Below, in pieces: positions 12,121-23,700 of a DNA stretch of 64,000 nucleotides (its first letter is position 1; each line of letters starts with the position of its first letter). The DNA comes from Phoronis australis (taxonomy: Eukaryota > Animalia > Phoronida), in contig NMRA01000030.1 in NCBI GenBank assembly GCA_002633005.1, positions 1,399,801 to 1,463,800 of the forward strand. The letters are read 5' to 3'. The translations under genes and the position numbers were made by a program. Below the pieces are notes generated by a model. That model made no database searches and was not told the origin of the DNA. It worked only from the letters and a program-made list of their open reading frames with translations.

Positions 12121-13433
12121 AAGACATCTTTTCAAGAGACAGAAACCAGGCTAGTAACTGGCTCAGTGAGCCTGGTGATTTGTGAAACATTTTTCTATTT
12201 TCATATTTACGTCTCTAGTAATGGTTTTTATTTCTCCCCTTTTTGTGCTTCATCCGATTGCATTTCTTATTATTGTATACTTTTTGTCTCCATTTTTTGA
12301 CAAATTGTATGCTTTGGACTTGTAACAATGATTGTTTTTGTATGACAGATTAGTAAATGTGTGATAAAATAAAGGTAAGACGTAGTCAGTTTGATAATAA
12401 TAGTTTTACCAACAATAAAAACAACATAAAACACTATGAATGATAGTTCCATATTTCTCCAACAGGAGGCACCCATAAATTCATATTCTTCCATAATTCT
12501 ACATTTTAATTGAAAACTATAACAAAGTATGTGTTTATTATGACTTAATACAGCATGTAGGAATATTATCTGCAGTATCATCCTTTCTGGACACTGAATT
12601 TTCTTCATTTCTAACTTTTTAATTCCGTGTAAAATGTGCTGAATCAGCACAATTTTAACATCAAATTTCACAAAAATGTGCAAGTTTAAACAAGTTTAAT
12701 TCATAAAGTACAATGATTTGTGGCATCAAAAACACCTGAATTAAATTGCTCCCCTAAAGTGGTCACAGAAGTGGTTTTCTAAACCTCCCATGGCCTACGG
12801 CCCATGGCCTATTCCGACTATCTTTACTCGCTGAGGGAATTTCATTTGGCACTCTCGGCTCTTCGGACCAACTACCGAACTGACCTCTTGCTTTTTGTGC
12901 ACACTAAATGGTATACCTTGATCTCGAACTTTTGAGCCTGGGACCAACAGAGATGTGTGACTTTTTCAAAAACCCGTTGCCTACCATACACGTCATTCCA
13001 ACAGTGACGTTCAGTGACGTTTTGCTTATTCAGTAACTCATTGCTTACCATACATGCCGTTTCCACAGTGACGTCCAAATTATTAGCCATAGTGTTGGGC
13101 TCACTGCTGTCCATAACAGTGTGCAACTACTTGCTATATACGTATTAGCAGGAAGAGATAACCAGGATGGTTATGTCTTCCTGGTATTAGCAGACCACCG
13201 GGAGCCTTTCAAGCAACAGATCTCTATCACGTGGGACCGAAAACTAGTGGCCTCACGAAGTCTGTCATCTTGTTCGCCTTTGGCACACCGTGCTCAGGGT
13301 ACAGCCAAGTGGCGATAAAAGTCACTGGTCCCACGTAATCCGAGCTTCCCTTGTTTCCCAACTGTCTCCCAATCACCAACATGCATCACAGCGGCTCCAG
13401 CAACCTGTGAAAAGGCTGCGTCTACGACTCTTG

Positions 13434-13565
13434 CAACATACTGTGAACCATGCATACAGCTAGATACAACATACTGCGAACCAGGCATACAGCAAGGTAC
13501 AACATACTGTGAACAAGACATACACAAAGGCACAACATAATGTGAACCAGGAACACAGCAAGGTT
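13434..13565. repeat. 33-bp minisatellite, 4 copies
   Basis: Unit approximately CAACATACTGTGAACCAGGCATACAGCAAGGTA. Confidence 0.9.
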
Positions 13566-14023
13566 TGAGTTTTATAAGGACAAGAGGTCTAAATCAAAAG
13601 TTTGTTCACAGTTTATACGTAAGGCAGCGTTGCCATCTGATCTGCGGATTAGCTTAATGCTGCATTTTACCTTGCGTGGCCAATTTGCTCTTACAAAAAC
13701 GGTCTCACAATATTCCTTACCGTTCGGCTACCAACTCTCCAGACCCATAGAATGTCCAGTACATGCGCCATTTTGGCTAACACGTGAAAAGTCTTCTTGT
13801 GTTGCTGATCATGGTTACTGCGTTCTTGTCTATAATGGACACCCAATAAGATCACGGTTAGGGATGTGTGAAAGGCCCAATGCAAGACTATTTTTAAGCC
13901 AAAATTAACAGAGCGAATGCAGCTTCACGCAATAATATTGGAGAACAAAAAAGAATCATTCAGACACAGTGTAATGCCATACACATCTGTAGATCTGAAG
14001 CTGTGTTCCATTAGGACTGTTGC

Positions 14024-14965
14024 CAGTGGCGGATCTAGGATATCACAAGGGGGGGGGGCAGCATTTTGTCCGGCCGTAAGCATTTGCGCAAACCACGATT
14101 GCAGATGCTCATAGCACCGAATGGGGTGAGGCCCACCTTCCGCCCAGGAAATTTTTCTGTTTTTACCTCTAAAAATCAAGCATTTTCCTTGATTCCTGAA
14201 GTATTATCCAAGAAAAAAGGCAAAAAAGGAGAACATGTCAAACAGGAAAAACTACAAGTACCACAGACTCGAACTCAAGAACTGACGGATAGAACGCGCG
14301 TGCTTTACCACACCACCACGATTTAATTACTGGTCTTATACTAAGGGAACTACTTCTATATGGTCCACAGCGTTTGCGCACGAAACCTACTTCTTTTTGT
14401 AATGCTTATTACACGTTTTATATTTTGTGCAATCGGTTCTTAACAAATTTGGTGTATTTAAGATAGTCTTCAAATGCCTAAAAGACCAAATCCGTTTTTC
14501 GTGTTGGCAATAATGACGGGATTGCTTTCGAAATTGTCTTAAGTAAAGGTTTGACAAAGAGAGAATTATGAGTTTCTGAGTGATTCACTCAGGCTTCGAT
14601 AAAAATTGACATCTTACCAGCAGCATCTGTTTTTTCATCGTCACTCAGGTTCCATTTCCTTAAAAAATGAAGTAAATTTTCTTCATTGCACAGTGGAGCA
14701 GACGATGGAAACGGAGTCGTAGTGCGCAGCGGCACTGCCGGTCTCCTGGGATATCGCGGGAGAGCCTATACTTAGCCGTATTTCCGTTACGAATGCGCCG
14801 GGTTACGAATTTGACACTTGAAATTGGGTCTGAGCCCCCCCCCCCCTCCCCAAACACTAAAACTGCACACATTTAAATCTTGTTTCATCCGTATAATTTT
14901 AATTACCGGGGTTAATTAATAAACTCGTCATATCCCTANTGCCCCCCCCCCTAAATCCGCCTATG
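14024..14965. mobile_element. Non-autonomous TIR element (hAT-like CA...TG ends) with 5-bp TSD
   Basis: Ends CAGTGGCGGATCTAGG...G-run and C-run...CCTAAATCCGCCTATG; GTTGC on both sides (14019-14023, 14966-14970). Confidence 0.75.
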
Positions 14966-16124
14966 GTTGCATAAAGTATTCAGAGAGATACAACAACATG
15001 CATCAGAAGAACACACAAAGTGGTCTAGGTTTCAAAAAATTCAATTAATCGATTTATGCATTATCAAAGTGAAACCAAGGAAACGTTATGTATAACAATA
15101 AATTGATCGAACAGTCATCACACCCAGTAACGTAAATCGATTCCTGTTTATTGTCGACAGAACATAATTGTGAGAAACGAGAACGAAGATTGCTGCAGCG
15201 GACGTTAATCGTCAATAATCAGTTTTTACACAAGTTGAGTGAAACTGATGTTTGAAAACTTGGGCAAAACTTATATATATCAGAAATGTCAAAACATGGT
15301 AAAATATGAATGACGGCAAATGAAGATTCGCATTTTTATTACGTAAAAATGTATTTAACAGTGAAATTCTAGAAGTTTTCAAAAACACGCAAAGTGAAGG
15401 ACCAACGGCTAATGTATCACTTGAAATTTCAATGAACACATACAGTACAATAAAAACGCTGAAAGTTGACAATGTTGGCAATTCACAGGCTGTCAGTCAT
15501 ATCTTAAAACTTTTACAAATAGAATACTTGATAAGTAAACCAACACGCATAAATTGTGCGTGCCAGCACGGACACATAAACTAATTTAACCGGTTTCAAT
15601 GATATATATACTGCAAAATTGGATCTTCACATTGTGGTACGTCTTTGTGAAACATTTTATTATCAGTAACACAAACGAGTGAAACATACAATATACAAAT
15701 TCCGCGCAGCCGGAAAACTTGCGACTCTCCCAAAACTTAAATATAGATTTTACCTTCTGGCTGTTTTCTTAATTATCACTTTCACAAGCAATGGGAAAAT
15801 AAAATTGTGAAATTCTCAACCAAATCTGTATCCAGGAGAACCTTCGCAGCGAATAAGTCAAATTCTGTGCCACTGTTAGACAGTAACCGCGTACAATTTG
15901 CACAATCTAGAAATTTTATTCTTGGGGTAGGCCAGGGTACATATACAGTTCAGTAGCTGTCTTGCGGCTGGATAAATCTAGCCAAAATCACGTGTTCTTA
16001 TTTAAAATATACATTATCTCACGTAATCTCGCGATGTGTTGCTTTTTAGCAAGGTCTTAACGTTACTGAACTCTACCCAGGTAAAACGGAAGTTCTGTGA
16101 TAAGCATTGCACGTAGGTTCAATG

Positions 16125-16281
16125 AACTTGGTATAATTCGGCAGTAGTGCCTCTCTGATGCAGATTTGGTTAAGAACATTTCGACATTGATTGTTAGAGA
16201 ACTCCTTTCTGCATTTCTCGTATTGTCTAAAATGCTCCTTGTGTGCGGATCGCATCTGTGCAGTAGCTCTCCGAGCGACAT
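16125..16281 (-). mobile_element. Penelope-like (Naiad-type) ORF N-terminal fragment
   Basis: MSLGELLHRCDPHTRSIL / RQYEKCRKEFSNNQCRNVLNQICIREALLPNYT is similar to the fragment at 51719-51869 (MFGFLLHCC...ICIRERLLPNYS), which is linked to a GIY-YIG remnant. Confidence 0.6.
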
Positions 16282-16332
16282 CGTTAAAAGAACAAACGAT
16301 AGAACAATTGTTTTAAAAAATTATATTAGGCC

Positions 16333-16473
16333 GCAGTATTTCGAATGTTCTCTACTGTACATTCATCGAAGGCGAGAAATAAAACAAGACCTCAGTGAGT
16401 CTCGCCACTACTCACTGAGGTCTCATTTCATCTCTTGCCTTCGATGAATGTAGTGTACATTCGAAGTACTGCC
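16333..16473. repeat. ~140-bp imperfect palindrome (hairpin)
   Basis: GCAGTATTTCGAATGT...TACATTCATCGAAGGCGAGA...AGACCTCAGTGAGT [loop CTCGCCACT] ACTCACTGAGGTCT...TCTTGCCTTCGATGAATGTA...ACATTCGAAGTACTGC. Confidence 0.85.
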
Positions 16474-17786
16474 GACGCAAACTAACTGGATTTTTGTTCA
16501 GTTCTCCGACAAAATGGTCATTAGCTCCTATTACCGGAAATTCCAATAAAGCGCCGTGGGCTACAATGATTTCTTAAAGTCGCATTTTGATTCATCCATG
16601 GGCGCTGTTTCTTCCTTCTTTCCGAAAAAGTACCCATGAGCGCTTTGTAGTGATGGGCGCATTGTCCGAAATTCCCATGAATCGCGGATTTGCGTTGTCA
16701 AGTCGATGATTCACTTCGCGGAAAAAGTGGGAGAGTTGTGCAAGTAAATGGTGATTATTAATTTGATTGTTTCTTTCTTTCCCCATAAGGATATACAAGA
16801 TGAGTGTCAGTCAAACACAAGGGTTACAAAAACTTTCAGACTGGGTGTTCTACAGTGACTGGTATGAATTTCATGTTTAACAACTCAGAATGGACGAGCA
16901 TCGCTTTTTGGAGCAATTCCAACTTAGTTTTCAGCTCCCGGATCCACTTAAATAGCTGTTCGGAAACTTGTTTACAACCACTAGGTATACTTTCTTACAG
17001 GGGAAAACGAGAAGTGAGGGTAGTGAGATCACGGTCTTTCTCCGTTTACTGTTAGAACACGGTCTATCGTTTTACATAGAAGAATCATGGAAGCACGGCC
17101 AAGCACGTTATTTTAACTTTTTGTACGATTGAAAATTTGTTTTTGACCGCCTAATTTGGAGAACGAAGTTGGCTTTGTGCTAGCAATTGCAATTTAATCA
17201 ACGGCCTCTCAGAGAAAAATTAACATTCAAGAGTTCTATGCTAAGAGTGGCCTATTGGCAGGGAAGTGGTGGGCTGCAAAATCGAAATGTTCAATGCTTC
17301 TGAGCGTGCAGTTCTTTTCGGTGCAAGTGGAAAGGTGAAGAAATCAATCGGATAGCACAATGTTTCTGTGTAATGTGTACTAGGAGAAAGACAGAAAGTA
17401 CAGTGATGTGTACAGGGGCAGGCAAAACCTGATGAGACCTGTACAGAGACCCCACGATAATGCAGTTTGTACAGGCCGAAATACTTTGTCGATATTCTCA
17501 CCTGTACCCGTTAAAACGTCCTAATCTACCTATCATACATGTAGGTCATCAGTAACACTAGCCCTCAAGAGTGAAAAAGAGAGTACTGAAACTACTGGCC
17601 TGAACAAAGGGGTGAGTGGGACACAAGTAGCCATGACCCGGTTCATTTCAAAAAAGGTATGACTACCATTCACTGCGCTTGTTCGTCTAGTTGCCATCAC
17701 GCCTGGTTCTGCAATACTAGCTACATCTCCCAGAGATAGTGTAAATTAATTCTGATCCAGTAAGCAACGTGAAAGCAGATCACCCT

Positions 17787-20700
17787 TTATAAATGAGTGT
17801 CCGTTGTTTCTTGTTCCTCCTTTTCACGAGAGTTGTCACTTCCCTTCAAACCTTCACTATCTCCCGGGACGTTAGTATCGATGTTTTCATTTGTTATCCG
17901 GTTGTCACGCGGCTGGTCATCAGTGACTTCATTATTGTTGTCAAGTTTTACCTCATCGTCAAAGCGAGGGGTCCCGTCATAATTTTGTCCTTCGTTCTTC
18001 TCATTTTCAACCCAAGCCGTGCTCGCGCGACTTGCAGGGCGACTTTCACCAGCAGTCGGTGCTGACGCACAATTCTTATTTTTATCAAATTTATTTGTCT
18101 GTTTTTCGGCGTTGTCATGATCGGTTTCCTTTGATTTCTTCTCAGGATTCTTTTCAACATCCTCTCCTCGCTTAATGCACGGCAGATTTTTCTTCATTCT
18201 GTCCCAGTGCATTTTAAACGTAAACACGTCGAACAAAACTAAGCCAGCCACAAGCAACACGATTAAAACAATGGCTATCGCTCCGATGGTGTCACTGCCC
18301 TCGGCTTCGATCGGGGCACGTTCAGGAGGTAATTTAATCTCTATTTTGTAGCCTGAAAAAAACAAAAGCATCAGTAAAATGGTAGCAAAACGAGAATTTG
18401 TTTGTCTGTAGATGGAGACCGTTGAAATTGAAATCAAATCACACTCTGTAAACTTTCGTAACAGTCCTTCAACCAAACAGGTTTTTCTAAAAATCAGACA
18501 AGATGCATACCTACAATCTTTAGTTCACAGCGCTCTAGCTGGTGGAACAAAGTCTTGTGAGCTAGGATTAATCAACTAAGTAACTTGCCCATCCCAGACC
18601 TGGGTTACAAAAACACATAGCAGATGTATTAAGTCCCAGTTCTCATGGCATACTTGAAACTAGTTACCTGTTGGAATTAGTGTAATATCGCGTCTGGAAG
18701 CATCAAACAAGTTCCCATGAAGATAGGCATTTTCAATTTATCTGTTGATCAGCACACCAATTTTAGCCCAATAAAAGCTACGGCAATAGGGAGAATAATA
18801 ACTAAGTACAGCGATCGTGAAATGTCTACGTTGCATATTAATTTTCCAACAACTATCGTAAATTTGAAGAATTTTTTACAACATTGTGTCCGAACTTGTC
18901 CAGGGATCTATTGAACTCGGCAAGAATTCCCTTCCTGGCCGCCTGAGAGACAACAAATCAATGCAACTAAAACTTCACTTCATTAATTTCTATTGAGATC
19001 AGCGACACTTGAGATTCCGTCTTACAAGTCATCCGGAATTGATATGAAACTTGATCATTTTTACGTAATTTTTGGCTCCTTTAATGGACCAAAAATCATA
19101 AATCTACTTTTATGTTTAGGCAAGTACCACATACACAAGCAAAGACTTCAGAATGTAGAACCATGTTTTGCACTTTTTAAACATTCTGTTTNAAAAAAAA
19201 AAAAAAAAAAAAAAGAATTCCCTTCCTGGCCGCCTGAGAGACAACAAATCAATGCAACTAAAACTTCACTTCATTAATTTCTATTGAGATCAGCGACACT
19301 TGAGATTCCATCTTACAAGTCATGCAGTACTCATCATCTTCATATCTTTCTCACTCACATAACTCTACCTCATGTTATTTTTTAACATGTATCATTTATT
19401 TCTTGTATTACACGGACCACCACGGAAATAGATGTTTAAACTTTTTGGTATTGCTGGGATGCGTTCTGCAGACAAAGTTTCTAGTGAGAAAAGCCAATAC
19501 ACGCAAAATCACGCGAGTGAAAGGTGTGTTTCGCAACTATCACTACCAGGGTAACCACTTTTAGTTAATTGATTGGTCAGTGAGGCTGGAAAGTTGAATT
19601 ATGGGATAGAATTAAAACATGGGATAGAATTCAATATTTCCGTTCCATAAGCGAAGAGTTCTCGCCGCAAATGCAAGGCTAATATCTTGGTCTACGAACG
19701 CAGACCTGGTGACTTGCATGTTTTAATGTCTTGGGTCTAGGCAGCCCTGTAAACGTGCTTGTTTAATGCCTCAGGTCTAGGAAGCCTTGGTAACTTGATT
19801 GTTGTAATGTCTTGAGTCTACGCAGCCTTGGCAACTTGCATGTTTTAATGTCTTAGGTCTACCCAGCCTTTGTAACTTGCATGTTCTAATGACTTGAGTC
19901 TATGCAGCCATGGTAACTTGTAAGTTTTAATGTCTTAGGTCTCCCCAGCCTTGGTAACTTGCATGTTTTAATGCCTTGAGTCTAGCAGCCTTGGTAACTT
20001 GCATGTTTTAATCTTTTAGGTCTACACAGCCCTGGTAACTTGCATATTCAAATTTACTTAATTTACTTTTCATTATGTATTTACAATTTGTATTTTTAAA
20101 TGTCTTATTTACTGTATCTGTGTTTATCTAATTAACAATTCAAACTGACAATGTTACCATGGCAGGTTGTAAATTGAACGTTATGTCATAATATTAGGGG
20201 CGGTGAAGCTACTTTTACCTCTTCAACACACGGCAAAAGCCCTTACCACGATGGAAACTTGAAACTCACACCACACCCCGGTAATCTTAGAAGTGATCGA
20301 ACAAGCCGAGGGGTGGGGGGTTGCGTCATCTTAAGGTTATGTGGGAGCCAAGAGAAATATCCGAACATCATATCTAAGAAACGGCTAATCTGATTCAGAA
20401 GCAACGTTCTCATACTATGCCTTATGCCCCCTGTACACCAAAATGCAGTAAGGAATGGTATTTAAAATGTTTCATTTTCACATGAAGCCTTTTATGATTT
20501 TTATGAAAAAAGAAATGCAAAAAACGAAAAATAAACGCTATCTCAGGAAACAGAACCAGCGTTTTTTAACTTTCATCTTAAACATTTATATCAAACGAAA
20601 TTTGGTCATGTTGTTGATATCATTGTATTGCCGAGAATGTACTTTTGTTTTGCTAAATTTTACTAAAAAGGTGTGGTCACGTAACCCAATGGATAGCAGA

Positions 20701-23700
20701 TTGGAATAAAGCAAAATCAAATTCAACAGGGCCTGGCTCTCTACTTTCGGAAGATGCATATTTTCAATGAATTACAATTTATAGTTTTGCAGATATTTGT
20801 CCTACATAACCTGAGATATGACCATCCAGAGCTATCAAAAATCATTTGATTTACTCTTAAAATTATGCAAGACCTTATGAACAAGAGGGCAATAGCCGAA
20901 TATAACGCGCCCGTATTTTGAGAACCAGTTTGATGCCTTTATTCAGTGGAGAAAACTGGTTTTCAAAATTGGGGCAATCCGACCAAATGACACGTTTGGA
21001 GCCCACCTTTTTGTAGGCATTTTGTTTTGACGTTTCCTAACACTGCCAAAGCGCTTCTTTCTATTTATGAGAATTTAACTAAAAAGTATTGCTATAACAT
21101 TTTGGTGTTTGATCTGTAAATATTAACAGCACACATTTTTTTATATTAAGTAACTCACAGCATCCAAATACATATCACATAACTCACATCATGTTTATAT
21201 CACCTAAATATTAACTCACAGATACCATAGTTAGTTATATGACAAAACTCACAGAACCCATATTTTTTCACAAGTCTCTAAACACCCATATTTACCTGGT
21301 GTAATTTACTGGGTAATTGTCAGATATAATGTGCCTGAATTTTGAGAATCAGTTTTCTCCACTGAATAACGAGTATCAAACTGGTTCTCAAATTATGGGC
21401 ATGTTATATCCCACTATTGCCCAAGTAGGTTTATTCTACAAATCACTTGATATCAAAATGGTTGTGCCTATGAAGGCACCGTCTACGTCCCTTTGTGCCA
21501 AAAAAGAACTCACTGAGGCAAGGCGTGGGGTTGCCGCTCCAGTCACCAAACTCATCACATTCGACTGTCCGCCAGGTGGAACCATCTATGAAGAAATGAC
21601 CCTCGTAACATGTGTAGTTGACTACAGTCGCGTAGATCGTGTCGTTTGTGTCCTTCACGGCGTTGGTGACGTTTGGTGCAGCACCGCAGCTGATGGCTGG
21701 AACGCAATTCACGTCTCATTAATGTTTATTCTTGCGCGTCTGAGCCTTTAATAACATGTCAAGAAGACTGGTAGAAAAGAGGAGTGCCACTCCCCCTCGA
21801 CACTTGAAACAAGATTCCCGAATATCGTATATATTTACGCTGAAGAGAGCCTAATAACGATGACGATAAAATGTATCCAAGTGTTATTTGTAAATCACCA
21901 GCGTTTACTTGCCTTAATGTTCTATGTCACACAAACTGATAATTTCCAGACAAAACGAATATCATCTTAAAGCCTGCCTCGCAAAATAACAGAAAGTAAC
22001 ATAACCATTTACTCAGTCGCCAATGCATATTCAGTGGTGTTTTTGTTCATGTAATCTTTTTATCTCTTACGATAACAAGCGGGTAAAGTTGCTGGCTCCC
22101 ACTTTCCCTCCGGGTTGCAGTACGTGTGTTTCAATATGGAGCTGTCGCTGTACTCATGACCGCCAATGCACGTCCACGTCACCGTGGTGTCGAAATACCG
22201 TGCCGTGGTGGATGGAACGGCGTTGGTTACGTTAATTTTTTTACACTGCTGAACTGAAAATGAAAGAAAAGTTGGATTCCAAGATGAAATAACCATGGAA
22301 ATCCATACACTGTGTAACTATAAGAGCGAAGAGCTACCAGTAAAATAGAGAAATGCTTAAATTTACTACGAAAACAGATAAAAACTCACGGAACATTTAA
22401 GCACTTTGTTATGTAAAACAGGAGTGAAAATGATCAGAACAAGTACTTGCAGAAACCATGGGCTTGTTGAGGCTGCTCAAGGCCAGAGAACGGGTTCAAT
22501 AAATGTCTTGTCCATGCAAATAATGAACCTTACTTTCACACGGCATCGGCGGTGGAAGCCAGCCTCCGTTTAGTTGACAAAAGAACTCCTTGGTGGTAGT
22601 ATTGTCGGGGTAAATGTAGCCGAGGTCGCAATCGTACGTGACGCGTGTGCCAAACACGTTTAAGGGAGAACTTGCTGTTGCGTGAGACGTAATGGGACGA
22701 ATGCAGGAGACTTCTGAAAGAGTAACCCAACGCCGGGATGGAAGCAGCGATAATTTGGGCAGTATAAATGGCAACTATGGCCGTATGACAAGGCATGGCA
22801 CATATCCCTCGGTTATTACAAATGTCATTGCCGGTTGACAGCCCGGAAACATTTACCGCCGGCTAGGTGCGGGACAGCTTCTGAAATATTCACCACCGGC
22901 TATGATTTGACCGCAGGGCAGCATTAGACATATTCATTACAAAAGTATAGCCGAATGAAAGGATTGGACAAACTTATCCCAGGTTCATTACGCTCTATCA
23001 GAGCCCACAATATAGCTTTGAAGATTAGGTGCTAGTTATCATGGCGTCCAAGCATGGACAAGTGACAAGTAACACTAAGCTAGCTGCTCAATACATTACA
23101 GCCAGAACTGAGCATTAATGAATAGATGAGGCATAAAGTATACTCACCTTCACACTCACTGAAGTTTTGCGTCCACTTCTTAATTGTACTGTCGCAGCGC
23201 GCCACTTTGGTGACGTTAGCCTCGTAGTAGGAGAACCAGTGGTTGGGTGCACACTCGTAGCTGATGACATTATCGACATCATTATTTGTGTCATTGAAGA
23301 TCACGTGCTTAAATGAGGGAATAATCGGGCACACTTTGCCTAAAATATCACAATGGAACAGCTGAAACACTGGCAGTTGATTAAAACATATCTTTTAAAG
23401 ATACGATAGGTTAAAGTGGTAAAGGCCAACAAAGCTTGTAGAGACATTAATTTATTAGGTCAATTTTAAGCATGCTCTGGAGGTTTGGAAAGCAAACTGG
23501 TAAACCCGAAGTTCTCGTAATATTCTCTGTTTTGAAGAAGACACGCCCCCCTTCTCGGTGTCTTCTCTTGTCGACTAAATGTGAGCACAGCAGGTACAAG
23601 TACATAATATCTTACTCAAATGGTCACTTTATAGTTGGATTATAAATCGACTGCATCATAGCTAGGCACACACTTAGAATTCATTATTAATATTCAGAGT

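Larger units (their letters stand above)
8601..12811 (+). mobile_element. Academ DNA transposon, internally deleted and decayed, containing nested insertions
   Basis: Perfect 17-bp TIR TAGGCCATGGGCCGTAG (8601-8617) / CTACGGCCCATGGCCTA (12795-12811), with 3-bp TSD TTC (8598-8600, 12812-12814). Internal remnants carry Academ transposase N-terminal motifs: YHKSC...TKIERAKRK (~10445-10510) and DLVSLEAKYHRSCYKSF (11639-11690). Confidence 0.85.

Noticed and set aside
21317-21751. 144-aa plus-strand ORF
   Set aside because: It spans a MITE TIR and the antisense of a CCP exon, so it is not an independent gene.
17428-21870. CTGATGAG (~17430) and CTGAAGAG (~21840) as further hammerhead cores
   Set aside because: No stem II followed by GAAA and UH at the right spacing.
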